This document shows positions 29,015 through 38,432 of a DNA stretch of 64,000 nucleotides, one piece after another. The stretch is taken from contig CAKPPO010000008.1 of the NCBI GenBank assembly GCA_934177725.1, positions 1,189-65,188 on the forward strand, given 5' to 3'. Source of the DNA: an uncultured Clostridia bacterium. GTDB taxonomy: Bacteria > Bacillota > Clostridia > TANB77 > CAG-508. The notes beneath the pieces are model-generated. The model was given only the letters and a program-made list of their open reading frames with translations. It ran no database searches and was not told where the DNA came from. Numbering within the stretch: position 1 is the stretch's first letter; the number at the start of each line of letters is the position of its first letter. The position numbers and the translations under genes are program-made.

Positions 29015-31133
29015 TTATTCTTCCATTGGCCCAAATAATTCATCAAATTTTGCTTCTAATTCCTTTTGTATATCTTCTGTAAATAGTTGTGGTTTTTTCT
29101 CTTCTTTTTCTTCATCACCTTGTGGTAATGTAGGACTATCAAAATCCTCGAAATCAAATAAGTCTGAAAGTGTTTCTTGTTTTTTAGGCTTTTCTTCTAT
29201 TTCTATATTTTGTTGTTTTGCTGGAGTCTCATCTATTTCTATATTATTTAAAATATCTGATTTTTCTTCTTTTACACTTTCCTCTATATTTGGGATTTCT
29301 TTTGGTATATTTTTTTCTTTTTCGTCATTATCTTCAAATAAGTCATCTAATGATTCTACTTTTAAGTTTTCTGCTGCTTTTTTATCTGTTTCTGGTACAT
29401 ATGGATTATATGGATTGTATTTTCTCCATTCTCCTCTAGTTCCAGCATCAAAATGATTATGGTCTAACTTGTTTTCCTCTAATTCTTTGTACATTTTTTG
29501 ATGTGTGAAATAGTAGTATTTCTTTGCTTTTACTGGTTTTATTCCTTTCTCAAAAATTATACATAAATCATTATCCATTCTACGAAGTTCATCTGGTGTC
29601 ATTAATGCTCTTCCTAGCATTTGTTCAGAGTCGCTGAATCCTTGTTTATGTGCGTGTTTGTCACGATTTGTTGATTTGCTTTGTCTAAATATTGTTTTTT
29701 CTCCCAATGCTTTAGAGAAATATTCTACTGTTTTGTATGAGTTACTTCCTAAAAATACGTGTGTATCACAGTTACCAATTATTGTTTCATAGCTTTTTTC
29801 ATATATAGCTTCTAATTGGTCTAGGTTTTGTAAAATAACACTAAATTGAATTCCTCTACTTCTTGATGTTGATATTTTTTTGTCGAAGTCTGGTATTCTA
29901 CCAATGTTTGCAAACTCATCTAGTATAAAGTATACTGGCATTTGAAGTTTACCACCATTTAAGTCTGCATAATTGTATAATTGTTGTATCATTTGAGAGA
30001 AGAATATTGTAAGTAAGAAATCATATGCTGTGTGTGTATCTGATGATATAACATATACAGCTGTTTTTTTCTTTCCTATATCTTCAAAATTTATTGTATC
30101 TGTTGACGTTACTTCTGCTATATCTTTTGAATCAAATTTTCCTAGTTTTGATTGTAATGAACTTAAAATTGATCCATAAGTTTTTTCTGGTGCTATTTCT
30201 ATTGATTTGTAATACATTCTTGCTGGATGGTCATATGGTAATTGATTTATTAATTCTGTAAGTAAGTTACTTCCACCATTTGTATTTGCTGCTCTTACTA
30301 ATTCAGAACAGCTTGCTAGGTTTTGTTCTTCTTCTGGTCTTGTAGCAATTAGGTAATAAATTAATGCTTTTAATAGCATTTCTGCCATGTCATCCCAATA
30401 TGGATCTGATTTACTTTCTGATGCTTGACCTTTTACTACAGTGTTTGCTATTACGTCTACGTCTAGCTCACTAGCTACGTGCATTAATGGGTTGTACCCA
30501 TCACTATTTACTGGATTTACTAAGTTTAATACTTTTATTTCATAGCCATGTTCTTTTAAGTATCCTGCTGTATCATCATATAGTTCACCTTTTGGGTCTG
30601 TAAATACATATGAACCAAGCATTTGATATGCATTTGGTTTTGAGTATGATGCAGATTTACCAGATCCAGATCCGTCCTACTATAAGTGTATTTACGTTTC
30701 CACGTTTATCTACTGGTAAATAATTATCTTCTGCTAATATAATTCCTTTGTTTTTGCTTAATATTCTATATTGTTCGCCATGCTCGCTCCAATCACTAGA
30801 ACCATGTTCCATGTCATGATATTCACCCTTTGGTTTTGATTTTACAAAACCTATAATAGAACATATTATAAACAAAATTGTATAATTCATTAAGCAACTT
30901 CCAAATGTACTTATGTATTCTGCTGAAAACATTTTTGTTATACTTGAGAAACTTGTAATTGCAGGTATTAATTTTTCAACAAATATATTTGTATTAAATA
31001 CTCCTGTTTTTGAAGCATCTGCAATTGCTTCCGCTATAGGCGAAACAAGTACTATGGCTAAAAATACCCATAGTACTCCTATAATAATTAAAAATCTTTT
31101 ACTTTGTTTTAATGTTCTTTTAAATTTTTCCAT
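29015..31133 (-). CDS. type IV secretion coupling protein (VirD4/TraG/TraD family), interrupted at an in-frame CGG (30674..30672) and continuing in the +1 frame
   Basis: The N-terminal TM ORF ends ..NTLIVG CGG ATC TGG ATC TGG TAA. The +1 frame GGA TCT GGA TCT GGT AAA TCT gives the Walker A GGSGSGKS, then ..YQMLGSYVFTDPKGEL.. and Walker B YFILDEFANIG. Confidence 0.8.
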
Positions 31134-31163
31134 GGCTTTCCACCTTTTCTTTGGTATGAATTT

Positions 31164-31415
31164 CTATCTTGCATTTTCTTTTGATAATGTTAATTTTGTT
31201 TTTCTTGCTTTTCTATTTTCTAATACTTTTTGTTTTTGTTCTTTGCTAAAATTCATTTCGTCCATGTTACATGTTACTGCCTTTATTTCCATTGTTTGTT
31301 CTAAAAAGCTATCTTTTTTATTTGCTTCTGTTACTTTTATCCCTTTTTCGTTTTCTTTTCCAAATGATATACATACTACATCATAGTTTTTTGAATCTCC
31401 ACTTGTTTGACTCAT
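31164..31415 (-). CDS. hypothetical small protein
   Basis: 83-aa ORF upstream of the coupling-protein gene with GAGGAGG RBS. No family recognised. Confidence 0.4.
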   Translation of the reverse strand: MSQTSGDSKNYDVVCISFGKENEKGIKVTEANKKDSFLEQTMEIKAVTCNMDEMNFSKEQKQKVLENRKARKTKLTLSKENAR

Positions 31416-31432
31416 TATTAAACATCCTCCTC

Positions 31433-31948
31433 TTAGTCTTTCTTATCTCGTATTTCAAAAGCGAAATAAGATTTATATGGTTTTAATTTGCATTTACCTT
31501 TTACTTCATTTGTTTTTTCATCCATATATAATACTGGTTTTACTTCTTCTGTTGTTTCTGGGTCTATAATTGATATTGGTCTCTTTAAATTTGGTGTATA
31601 TCCAAATTCTTTATATTCTTCTTTATCTGAATATAAAGTATCAAACTTGATTGGCATAGGTTTTTTAGAAATTTTTACTTTGTCATCTTCTAAAACACCT
31701 GTATTAACAACTACTTTTTCTTTTCCAAATGATAGGAATAGTAATTGTTCTTCATAATCTGGTTCATCTATGAAGAATGTTTTTCTTTTTAAATTTCCTT
31801 TTATTTCTTCAGTAGATACTAATCTTTCTACTGTGTATTTAGGATATTCTTGTAAATACTCTTTTGCTGTTTTGTTTATTCTGTATATTACTGTATTTAC
31901 TCCCGCTGGATCTGTTATACTAAAGTGTTTACCTTGTATACTTTCCAT
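31433..31948 (-). CDS. hypothetical protein
   Basis: 171 aa from the ATG preceded by AAAGGGGTG. No family recognised. Confidence 0.45.
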   Translation of the reverse strand: MESIQGKHFSITDPAGVNTVIYRINKTAKEYLQEYPKYTVERLVSTEEIKGNLKRKTFFIDEPDYEEQLLFLSFGKEKVVVNTGVLEDDKVKISKKPMPIKFDTLYSDKEEYKEFGYTPNLKRPISIIDPETTEEVKPVLYMDEKTNEVKGKCKLKPYKSYFAFEIRDKKD

Positions 31949-32096
31949 GTTACACCCCTTTCTATGAACCAAATTTTCATAGTTTTTCTTTAGTTTGACA
32001 ACTATACATAATTATACAACTAAATGTTCGAAATGTCAATATTTTTCGGGTTCGTGTTAGTTAGAAGTACTAAGTATGTTCTTTTCTACTTTTGAA

Positions 32097-32990
32097 TTAT
32101 GATATTGTTGTTTTGTTTCTTGGTTCAAACTTTGATATATTTTTTAGTTTTTCATAAATTTCTATCTCTTCTTTAGATGGATTTTTAGGTACTACTATTT
32201 TTACTTGCGCTATTAAATCTCCTCTTCCACCTTTTCCGTCTTTGTAGCCTTTTGCTGGTATTTTTATTTTTTCTCCACTTACTACTCCTTGTGGTACATA
32301 TATTTTGCTTTCTCCATCTATTGTTTCTATTTGTGCTTTTGTTCCTAGCACTGCTTCCCAAGGTGTAAGTAATAAATCTGTATATATATCATATCCATGC
32401 AACTTGTAAATATTACTATTTTCTATATTTACTTTTATGAATAAATCTCCGTTTTTTCCTCCATTTTGTCCTTGCTTTCCTTGACCTATTAGGCGTATTT
32501 TTTCACCATTTCTTATTCCTGCTGGTATTTTTACATCAAATGTTGTCATTTTTCCTTCTACTGTACGTAAAGATATTTTTTTATTTGTTCCATAGAATGC
32601 TTGTTTAATTCCAATGTCAATTTGTGTTTCGATATTATCGCCTTTAGTTGGTATTTTTGTTTTTGTTCTTTTTGCCTTCTCTACTTTATTTATTCCAAAT
32701 AGTAAACTCCACAAATCAGTTCTTTTTTCTCTTTCTTCTCTGTCTTTTTGTTTATCTATTTTCTTTCCTACATGAGAATACCAAATTCTATCATATTTTC
32801 TTTTTGATGCGTTATTAGACAATACTCTATATGCTTCATTTATGTCTTTAAATCTTTCTTCTGCTTCTCTTCCATCATTTACATCTGGATGATATTTTTT
32901 AGCTTGGTTGTGAAAAGCTGTTTTTATTTCGTCTATATTTACTTTATTATTTTCTAATCCTAATATTTTATAATAATCTTTGAAAATCAT
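32097..32990 (-). CDS. J-domain protein, CbpA-like (DnaJ without zinc finger)
   Basis: DYYKILGL..KKYHPD J-domain plus DnaJ C-terminal beta domains. No CxxCxGxG repeats. Confidence 0.75.
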   Translation of the reverse strand: MIFKDYYKILGLENNKVNIDEIKTAFHNQAKKYHPDVNDGREAEERFKDINEAYRVLSNNASKRKYDRIWYSHVGKKIDKQKDREEREKRTDLWSLLFGINKVEKAKRTKTKIPTKGDNIETQIDIGIKQAFYGTNKKISLRTVEGKMTTFDVKIPAGIRNGEKIRLIGQGKQGQNGGKNGDLFIKVNIENSNIYKLHGYDIYTDLLLTPWEAVLGTKAQIETIDGESKIYVPQGVVSGEKIKIPAKGYKDGKGGRGDLIAQVKIVVPKNPSKEEIEIYEKLKNISKFEPRNKTTIS

Positions 32991-33064
32991 TTAACATCCT
33001 CCCATTATCAATGGTGGATTTATTATATCAAGTTTAGTGTATTTTTTCAATAGTTTCTGTTGTA

Positions 33065-33166
33065 AATTTTAGAGACGGACCTAAAAATTTGATTAGTACG
33101 TATTAAATGTCCAAAAGGAACACTTTTTAGTGACATTTTTTGTGTCGCTAAAGAGTGTCCCTTCTG
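33065..33166. repeat. REP-like elements: AAATTTTAGAGACGGACCTAAAAATTT hairpin, plus the 56-nt hairpin CCAAAAGGAACACT..AGAGTGTCCCTTCTGG
   Basis: The first part resembles the TAGGGACGG ends of the RayT repeats. The second part (33111..33166) is about 75% identical to 35809..35863, with compensatory stem changes. Confidence 0.6.
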
Positions 33167-33172
33167 GCATAA

Positions 33173-34225
33173 TTATTTTTCCATTGCTAACTCTATTATT
33201 TTATCTAATAAATCTGAATATTTTATTCCTACTGCATCAAATAATTTTGGATACATGCTAATTGCTGTAAATCCTGGTAATGTATTTATTTCGTTTATTA
33301 TTACTTTATTTGTTCCTTTTTCTACAAAGAAATCTACTCTTGAAAGTCCTGAACAACTTACTGCTTTATATGCTTTTATTGCTTGTTTTCTAATTTCTTC
33401 AGATATACTTTCTTCAATATTTGCAGGAATTACTGTTCTTGATTCACTATTTTTATATTTTGAGTCAAAGCTATAAAATTCTTCTGCTGATAAAACTTCT
33501 CCTACACATGATGCAACAACATCTTCATTTCCTAATACTGCGCATTCTATTTCTTTTCCTATTATTCCTTGTTCTACCAATATTTTATTATCATATTTAC
33601 CTGCATAAACTATTGCTTCTTCTAGTTCTTTTTTGTTTTTTACTTTTTTTATTCCTACAGAAGATCCTGAATTAGAAGGCTTTACAAACATTGGATATTC
33701 TAACTTTTCTTCTGTTTTTTTACTCAATTCTTCTAATGTACAAATACTTTCTTCAAAGTTTTCTTCTATATATCTAAATTTTTCTTTATCTTTTCTTATA
33801 TATACATATTTTGCTTGGTTTAGCCCTGCTTTTTCAAATATTACTTTTGCATATACTTTATCCATGCAAACACTTGAAGCTAATACTTTGCATCCAACAT
33901 ATGGAACCTTTAAAAGTTCAAATAAACCTTGTATTGTTCCATCTTCTCCATATAATCCGTGAAGTACTGGAAAAATACAATCCATTTGTTTTAAATAGTT
34001 CATTGGATCATCAAGTTTTTCTATTTCATCTAATTTATCTCCAACTTCTATTGTTCCTATCTTTTCTATTTTTTTAGTATATTTATACCAATTTCCTTCG
34101 CCATCTATGTATATTGGATATATATCATATTTATCTTGTTTTAAATTTTTAATAATGGATGTTCCTGAAACAATTGATACATCATGTTCAGTAGACATTC
34201 CACCAAATATTACTGCTAATTTCAT
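33173..34225 (-). CDS. ddl: D-alanine--D-alanine ligase
   Basis: MKLAVIFGGMSTEHDVSIVSG.. and the ATP-grasp region. GGAGGT RBS before the internal ATG. Confidence 0.9.
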   Translation of the reverse strand: MKLAVIFGGMSTEHDVSIVSGTSIIKNLKQDKYDIYPIYIDGEGNWYKYTKKIEKIGTIEVGDKLDEIEKLDDPMNYLKQMDCIFPVLHGLYGEDGTIQGLFELLKVPYVGCKVLASSVCMDKVYAKVIFEKAGLNQAKYVYIRKDKEKFRYIEENFEESICTLEELSKKTEEKLEYPMFVKPSNSGSSVGIKKVKNKKELEEAIVYAGKYDNKILVEQGIIGKEIECAVLGNEDVVASCVGEVLSAEEFYSFDSKYKNSESRTVIPANIEESISEEIRKQAIKAYKAVSCSGLSRVDFFVEKGTNKVIINEINTLPGFTAISMYPKLFDAVGIKYSDLLDKIIELAMEK

Positions 34226-34287
34226 ATTTTTTACCTCCATATTAAAATCTTTTATAATTAACACTGTTCCAAATTGAGAAATTGTTA

Positions 34288-34310
34288 CAATTGTGGACTG
34301 TCCCTAATTG
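34288..34310. repeat. REP-like imperfect palindrome CAATTGTGGACTGTCCCTAATTG overlapping the murF stop codon
   Basis: Same CAATTAGGGAC/GTCCCTAATTG motif as at 11678..11700. Confidence 0.5.
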
Positions 34311-35698
34311 TGAATTTTCTCTATTATTTCACCAAATTTCATTCCATTTGATGCTTTGAATAAAATACAATCATTTTCTTTTTTTATTTTATTTAATATT
34401 TTTGCCGCTTCTTCATTTGATTCACATTCTATTATATTTTCTTTATCCATTTCTGTCTTAGCTATATTTGCAATATATTTTGCTTCTTTGCCTACTACTA
34501 TTAATATATCAATTTTATTTTTTATTACTTCTTTTCCTACTTTTTCATGTAATTCTTTAGAATATTTACCAAGTTCTAGCATATCTCCTAATACTGCTAT
34601 TTTTCTTTTGTTCTCTATTTTTCCCAAATATTCTAAAGCTGCTTTCATAGAGTCATAATTTGCATTATAACAATCATTTATAATTGTTATATTTTCTTTT
34701 ATCTTTGTAATGTCCATTCTCTTTTTAGTTAATTCAAAACTTTCTATTCCATGTTTTATTTTTTCTATTGGTATTTCAAAAATGCTTCCTACTGCTATTG
34801 CACATAAACTATTTAGTACAAAGTGATTTCCTCCTACGGGAACATGTATTTTTGTATTTGTGCCTTTTAATATATATGTGCTTCCATCTTCTTTTGACTC
34901 GATATTTTCTGCTGAAAAATCGCTTTCATTTTCTATTCCATATGTAATTATTTTGTATTTTTCTTTATTTTCTAGATACCATTTATGTAATAAATCATTA
35001 TCATTGTTTATAACTATTGTTCCGCTATTTTCCATTCCTTCTAGTATTTCTAGTTTTGCTTTTAATATGTTTTTTCTTGATCCTAAGTTACCAATATGTG
35101 CAGTTCCTATATTGGTAATTACGCAAACTGTTGGCTTTGCAATTTTAGTTAGCGTACTTATTTCTCCAAAATGATTCATTCCCATTTCAATAGTTAATGC
35201 TTCTTCATTTTTTAATCTAAAAATTGTAAGTGGCACACCTATGTGATTATTGTAATTGCCTTCTGTTTTCAATGTATTAAATTTTTGTTTCATTACATTT
35301 GCAACTATATCTTTTGTACTTGTTTTTCCAACGCTTCCTGTAATTGCTACTACTGGTATGTTATACATTTTTCTTTTATATGTTGCTATTTGTTGCATTG
35401 CTTTTATAGTGTCATCCACTATAATAATAAATTTATCTTTATATTTTTCTTTTTGTTCCTCAGTTATTTGAATATTTTGCAAAATCGCACCTTTAGCTCC
35501 TTTTGCGAATGCTTCTTCAAAATAGATACTACCATTAATAGTTTCTCCTTGAATTCCTAAGTAGATATCTCCTTCCTTTACTTCCCTTGAATCTCTCTCA
35601 AAATTTTGACAAAGATAGTTTTCTTCTCCTGTTACTAGCTTTCCATCCGTAACATCTAAAATTTCCCTTACACTTATTTTATGGTCTTTTTTTTCCAT
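34304..35698 (-). CDS. murF: UDP-N-acetylmuramoyl-tripeptide--D-alanyl-D-alanine ligase
   Basis: GSVGKTSTK P-loop, Mur ligase central and C-terminal domains. Lies upstream of ddl. Confidence 0.9.
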   Translation of the reverse strand: MEKKDHKISVREILDVTDGKLVTGEENYLCQNFERDSREVKEGDIYLGIQGETINGSIYFEEAFAKGAKGAILQNIQITEEQKEKYKDKFIIIVDDTIKAMQQIATYKRKMYNIPVVAITGSVGKTSTKDIVANVMKQKFNTLKTEGNYNNHIGVPLTIFRLKNEEALTIEMGMNHFGEISTLTKIAKPTVCVITNIGTAHIGNLGSRKNILKAKLEILEGMENSGTIVINNDNDLLHKWYLENKEKYKIITYGIENESDFSAENIESKEDGSTYILKGTNTKIHVPVGGNHFVLNSLCAIAVGSIFEIPIEKIKHGIESFELTKKRMDITKIKENITIINDCYNANYDSMKAALEYLGKIENKRKIAVLGDMLELGKYSKELHEKVGKEVIKNKIDILIVVGKEAKYIANIAKTEMDKENIIECESNEEAAKILNKIKKENDCILFKASNGMKFGEIIEKIHN

Positions 35699-35808
35699 AA
35701 TTTTCTTTTCCTCCGATTATATTTTTATGTTTAGGAGATTAAATATATTTATATTTTAATCTTCTATATTATATGACAATTGTTTTTTATTTGCAATATG
35801 AAAATGAC

Positions 35809-35863
35809 GCAAAAGGAGCGCTCCTTGTTGACACTTTTGGTGTCACTAAAGAGCGCCCTTTTG
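35809..35863. repeat. REP-like hairpin CAAAAGGAGCGCTC..GACACttttgGTGTC..GAGCGCCCTTTTG
   Basis: Paralogue of 33111..33166, in the same orientation, upstream of murF. Confidence 0.6.
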
Positions 35864-35894
35864 ACAACTTTTTTGGCAAAAATCTTTATTTTAA

Positions 35895-36068
35895 CTATTC
35901 TACACTTCTATTTGCGATTTCTATTGCTTTTGATACTATATTTCCGCAAGTTTTAGAAGATACATTTTGCCATCCTCCGTCTTGTTTTACTTGTTCATAT
36001 ACACCTAATTCTCTTGCAATTTCCTCTTTTAAATTTTCAGACATAATATTTGAGCTTCTTCTTCCCAT
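35895..36068 (-). CDS. alpha/beta-type small acid-soluble spore protein
   Basis: 57 aa, MGRRSSNIMSENLKEEIARELGVYEQVKQDGGWQNVSSKTCGNIVSKAIEIANRSVE, with GGAGGT RBS. Below the ORF-track size cut-off. The 108-aa plus-strand ORF listed here is antisense noise. Confidence 0.8.
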   Translation of the reverse strand: MGRRSSNIMSENLKEEIARELGVYEQVKQDGGWQNVSSKTCGNIVSKAIEIANRSVE

Positions 36069-36200
36069 TGTATATTACCTCCAAATTCTCAAAGTCTAGA
36101 TTTAGAAAATAAATTTATTTTCTAATTATATTATGTGCAATTTAGTTTGCAAAATACTAATAATATTTTCCTGTTTTTTTTGCTCCGTCCCCAAAAACAG

Positions 36201-37604
36201 TTACATTGTTAAAGTTCCGTTCGGTGTATTTTTTATTACTAATATATCTTCTTCTGCTCCTGTTTCTGCATTTATATATACTAAAAATTCTGTATCATCT
36301 ACTTTTCCTTTGAATTCCCAACAAAATATTTCTGTTTTAAATTCTGTTGGAATTATTGCCATTCCTTCACTTTCTATTTGTAAACTTTTATTTAAATTTT
36401 CTTTTGCTTTTTCTTTAGTTATTTTAGCTGTTGGTATATTTCTTTCATAGTGTGAATTTAAATATCCTGTTGTTTCTATTCCTAGTATTTCGCCATTATC
36501 TAATGCAACTTTTACTTTTATTAAATCTGGATATACTACAACATCTCCGCTTGTACTTTTTTGATTATATGCATAATTTATTGTAACTACTCCATTTTGT
36601 TTTAGATAATACGTTTCTTTCATGTTTGGAAATCCCTTACTATTTAAGAAATCTTTTCCTATTTCATCCGCTCTTTCTTGTGATATACTTTCGGCTTCGA
36701 CATTTCTATTGTAATTCATAAATATTATATGTCCACCTTTTTTGCTTACAGATACTGTTATTATTTCATTTTTATTATTTTTTGCTTTTATGCTAAAATC
36801 ATATGAAGGTATATCTGTGTCTTCTGATACCCCATTTGAATTTATTTCTCCTATTTTGTCATTTCCTATAAAATCAGTTGCTATTTTCTTTGCCTCTTCT
36901 TCGCTTATTTCTTCTCCTGTTAAGCCTTTTTTCTCTACTGACGTCATATGCTCTGAAAATGCGCCATCATATATTAACCCTGAATATTCATGAAAATTTT
37001 CCTCTAAATTGTCAAAGCTATCTTTTGAAATATTGCTTACCTGTGTTAAAAATACACTACTTCCTTTGTTTGTTAGTTCTCCCCATTTTATTCTTCCATC
37101 ATTTATATCTGCTGATAATTGATTAAGTGTATTTTCTAAGTCTACGCTGTATGTGTGTAATTCCTTTAAGTTATTGAAATCATCATCTGTTAAATTTTGA
37201 TTATTTATATTTTTTCTTGATAGTGAAAAGCTGTAATCACTTACTTGGTTTAAAAATTTTGATGTGTTTGCAAGTTCTTGTGAACCCATTGGAAGTCTTG
37301 CTAAGTAACTTTGTGCTAAATTTGCTTCTCTCCACACATGTGTTAGAGTTTCTGCTCCATGTTCTGGAGTACTAGATATTAATGATTTTGCTAAATATGT
37401 TTCTACATTTTCTACATAACTAACTAATTCAAAAAATGCCATATTGTAATTGTTTTCTGCAGTTTGTCTAAATTGTCTTTCTCTTTTATAAGTATAGAGC
37501 CCTAAAACTGCTATAACAGTAACTAAAGTTACTACTAAACTAAGCATATGTCTATCTTTTAAACGATCTTTCCAATCATATAATTTTGATTTTATTTTTC
37601 CCAT
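36201..37604 (-). CDS. ypeB: germination protein YpeB
   Basis: N-terminal TM segment, a YpeB-type N-domain (..NNYNMAFFELVSYVENVETYLAK..LTHVWREANLAQSYL) and C-terminal PepSY repeats. Lies downstream of sleB. Confidence 0.8.
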   Translation of the reverse strand: MGKIKSKLYDWKDRLKDRHMLSLVVTLVTVIAVLGLYTYKRERQFRQTAENNYNMAFFELVSYVENVETYLAKSLISSTPEHGAETLTHVWREANLAQSYLARLPMGSQELANTSKFLNQVSDYSFSLSRKNINNQNLTDDDFNNLKELHTYSVDLENTLNQLSADINDGRIKWGELTNKGSSVFLTQVSNISKDSFDNLEENFHEYSGLIYDGAFSEHMTSVEKKGLTGEEISEEEAKKIATDFIGNDKIGEINSNGVSEDTDIPSYDFSIKAKNNKNEIITVSVSKKGGHIIFMNYNRNVEAESISQERADEIGKDFLNSKGFPNMKETYYLKQNGVVTINYAYNQKSTSGDVVVYPDLIKVKVALDNGEILGIETTGYLNSHYERNIPTAKITKEKAKENLNKSLQIESEGMAIIPTEFKTEIFCWEFKGKVDDTEFLVYINAETGAEEDILVIKNTPNGTLTM

Positions 37605-37630
37605 TTTTCTCTTCTCCTTTATTAATTAAT

Positions 37631-37741
37631 GTACCAAAAGGGACACTTTCACCTTTGGGGACGTTTCCTTTTGGAGTATTGTACAAAATAAAATATCCAA
37701 AAGGGACAGATTAACCAAAATGAAACGTCCCAAAAGGTAAT
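37631..37741. repeat. cluster of REP-like modules (CCAAAAGGGACAC..CCTTTGGGGACGTTTCCTTTTGG; CCAAAAGGGACAGATTAACCAAAATGAAACGTCCCAAAAGGTAATT)
   Basis: Lies between sleB and ypeB. The modules are shared with 16040..16136 and 59808..59916. Confidence 0.65.
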
Positions 37742-38215
37742 TTATTTGCAAAATCTGTGTTTTCCTATTGTTTTTATTAGTGGTCTTGACCATATCCATT
37801 TGTTTGTGGCAGTTGCTGGATTAAAATAATATATTGCTCCTCCTGTTGGGTCCCAGCCATTTAATGCATCTTGTGCTGCTTTTACTACTGTTGAATCTTC
37901 TGCTATCGGGTGGTTTATTTGTCCATCTGAAACTGCTGTAAATGCTCCGCTTTGATATATTACTCCTGCTATTGTGTTAGGAAAATTTGGATCTTTTACT
38001 CTATTTAAAATTACCGCACCAACTGCAACTTGCCCCTCATATGGCTCTCCTCTTGCCTCTCCATTTATTGCTCTTGCTATTAATTGAACGTTTGATGTTG
38101 AACCTGCATTTGCTGCATATACTTCTGTTTGATTATTTTTAGGTAAATTAAAAATCGCGATTATTCCCATTAACAAAATCATTATAATTAATAATATTTT
38201 GCATATTTTTTTCAC
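37742..38215 (-). CDS. sleB: spore cortex-lytic enzyme, SleB/CwlJ family
   Basis: ARAINGEARGEPYEGQVAVGAVILNRVKDPNFPNTIAGVIYQSGAFTAV (Hydrolase_2 domain) with a signal/TM segment. Confidence 0.8.
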   Translation of the reverse strand: MKKICKILLIIMILLMGIIAIFNLPKNNQTEVYAANAGSTSNVQLIARAINGEARGEPYEGQVAVGAVILNRVKDPNFPNTIAGVIYQSGAFTAVSDGQINHPIAEDSTVVKAAQDALNGWDPTGGAIYYFNPATATNKWIWSRPLIKTIGKHRFCK

Positions 38216-38432
38216 TTTATTTCTCCTTTTAACTTATAGTATTTCATTTATATTTTGTATATTTTTTTATGTTTTATTCTTTTTTTTATTTATTTTTGTT
38301 ATTTTTTTGAAATTTTATCTTTTTTATGGTAAAATTTAAAAAACATTTTATGATTGGAGTGGAATTGAAAGGATAAAAAGCTTTCATGACTACATGTACC
38401 TTTTATTTAAACAAGAAAGGACTGAAATTTTT

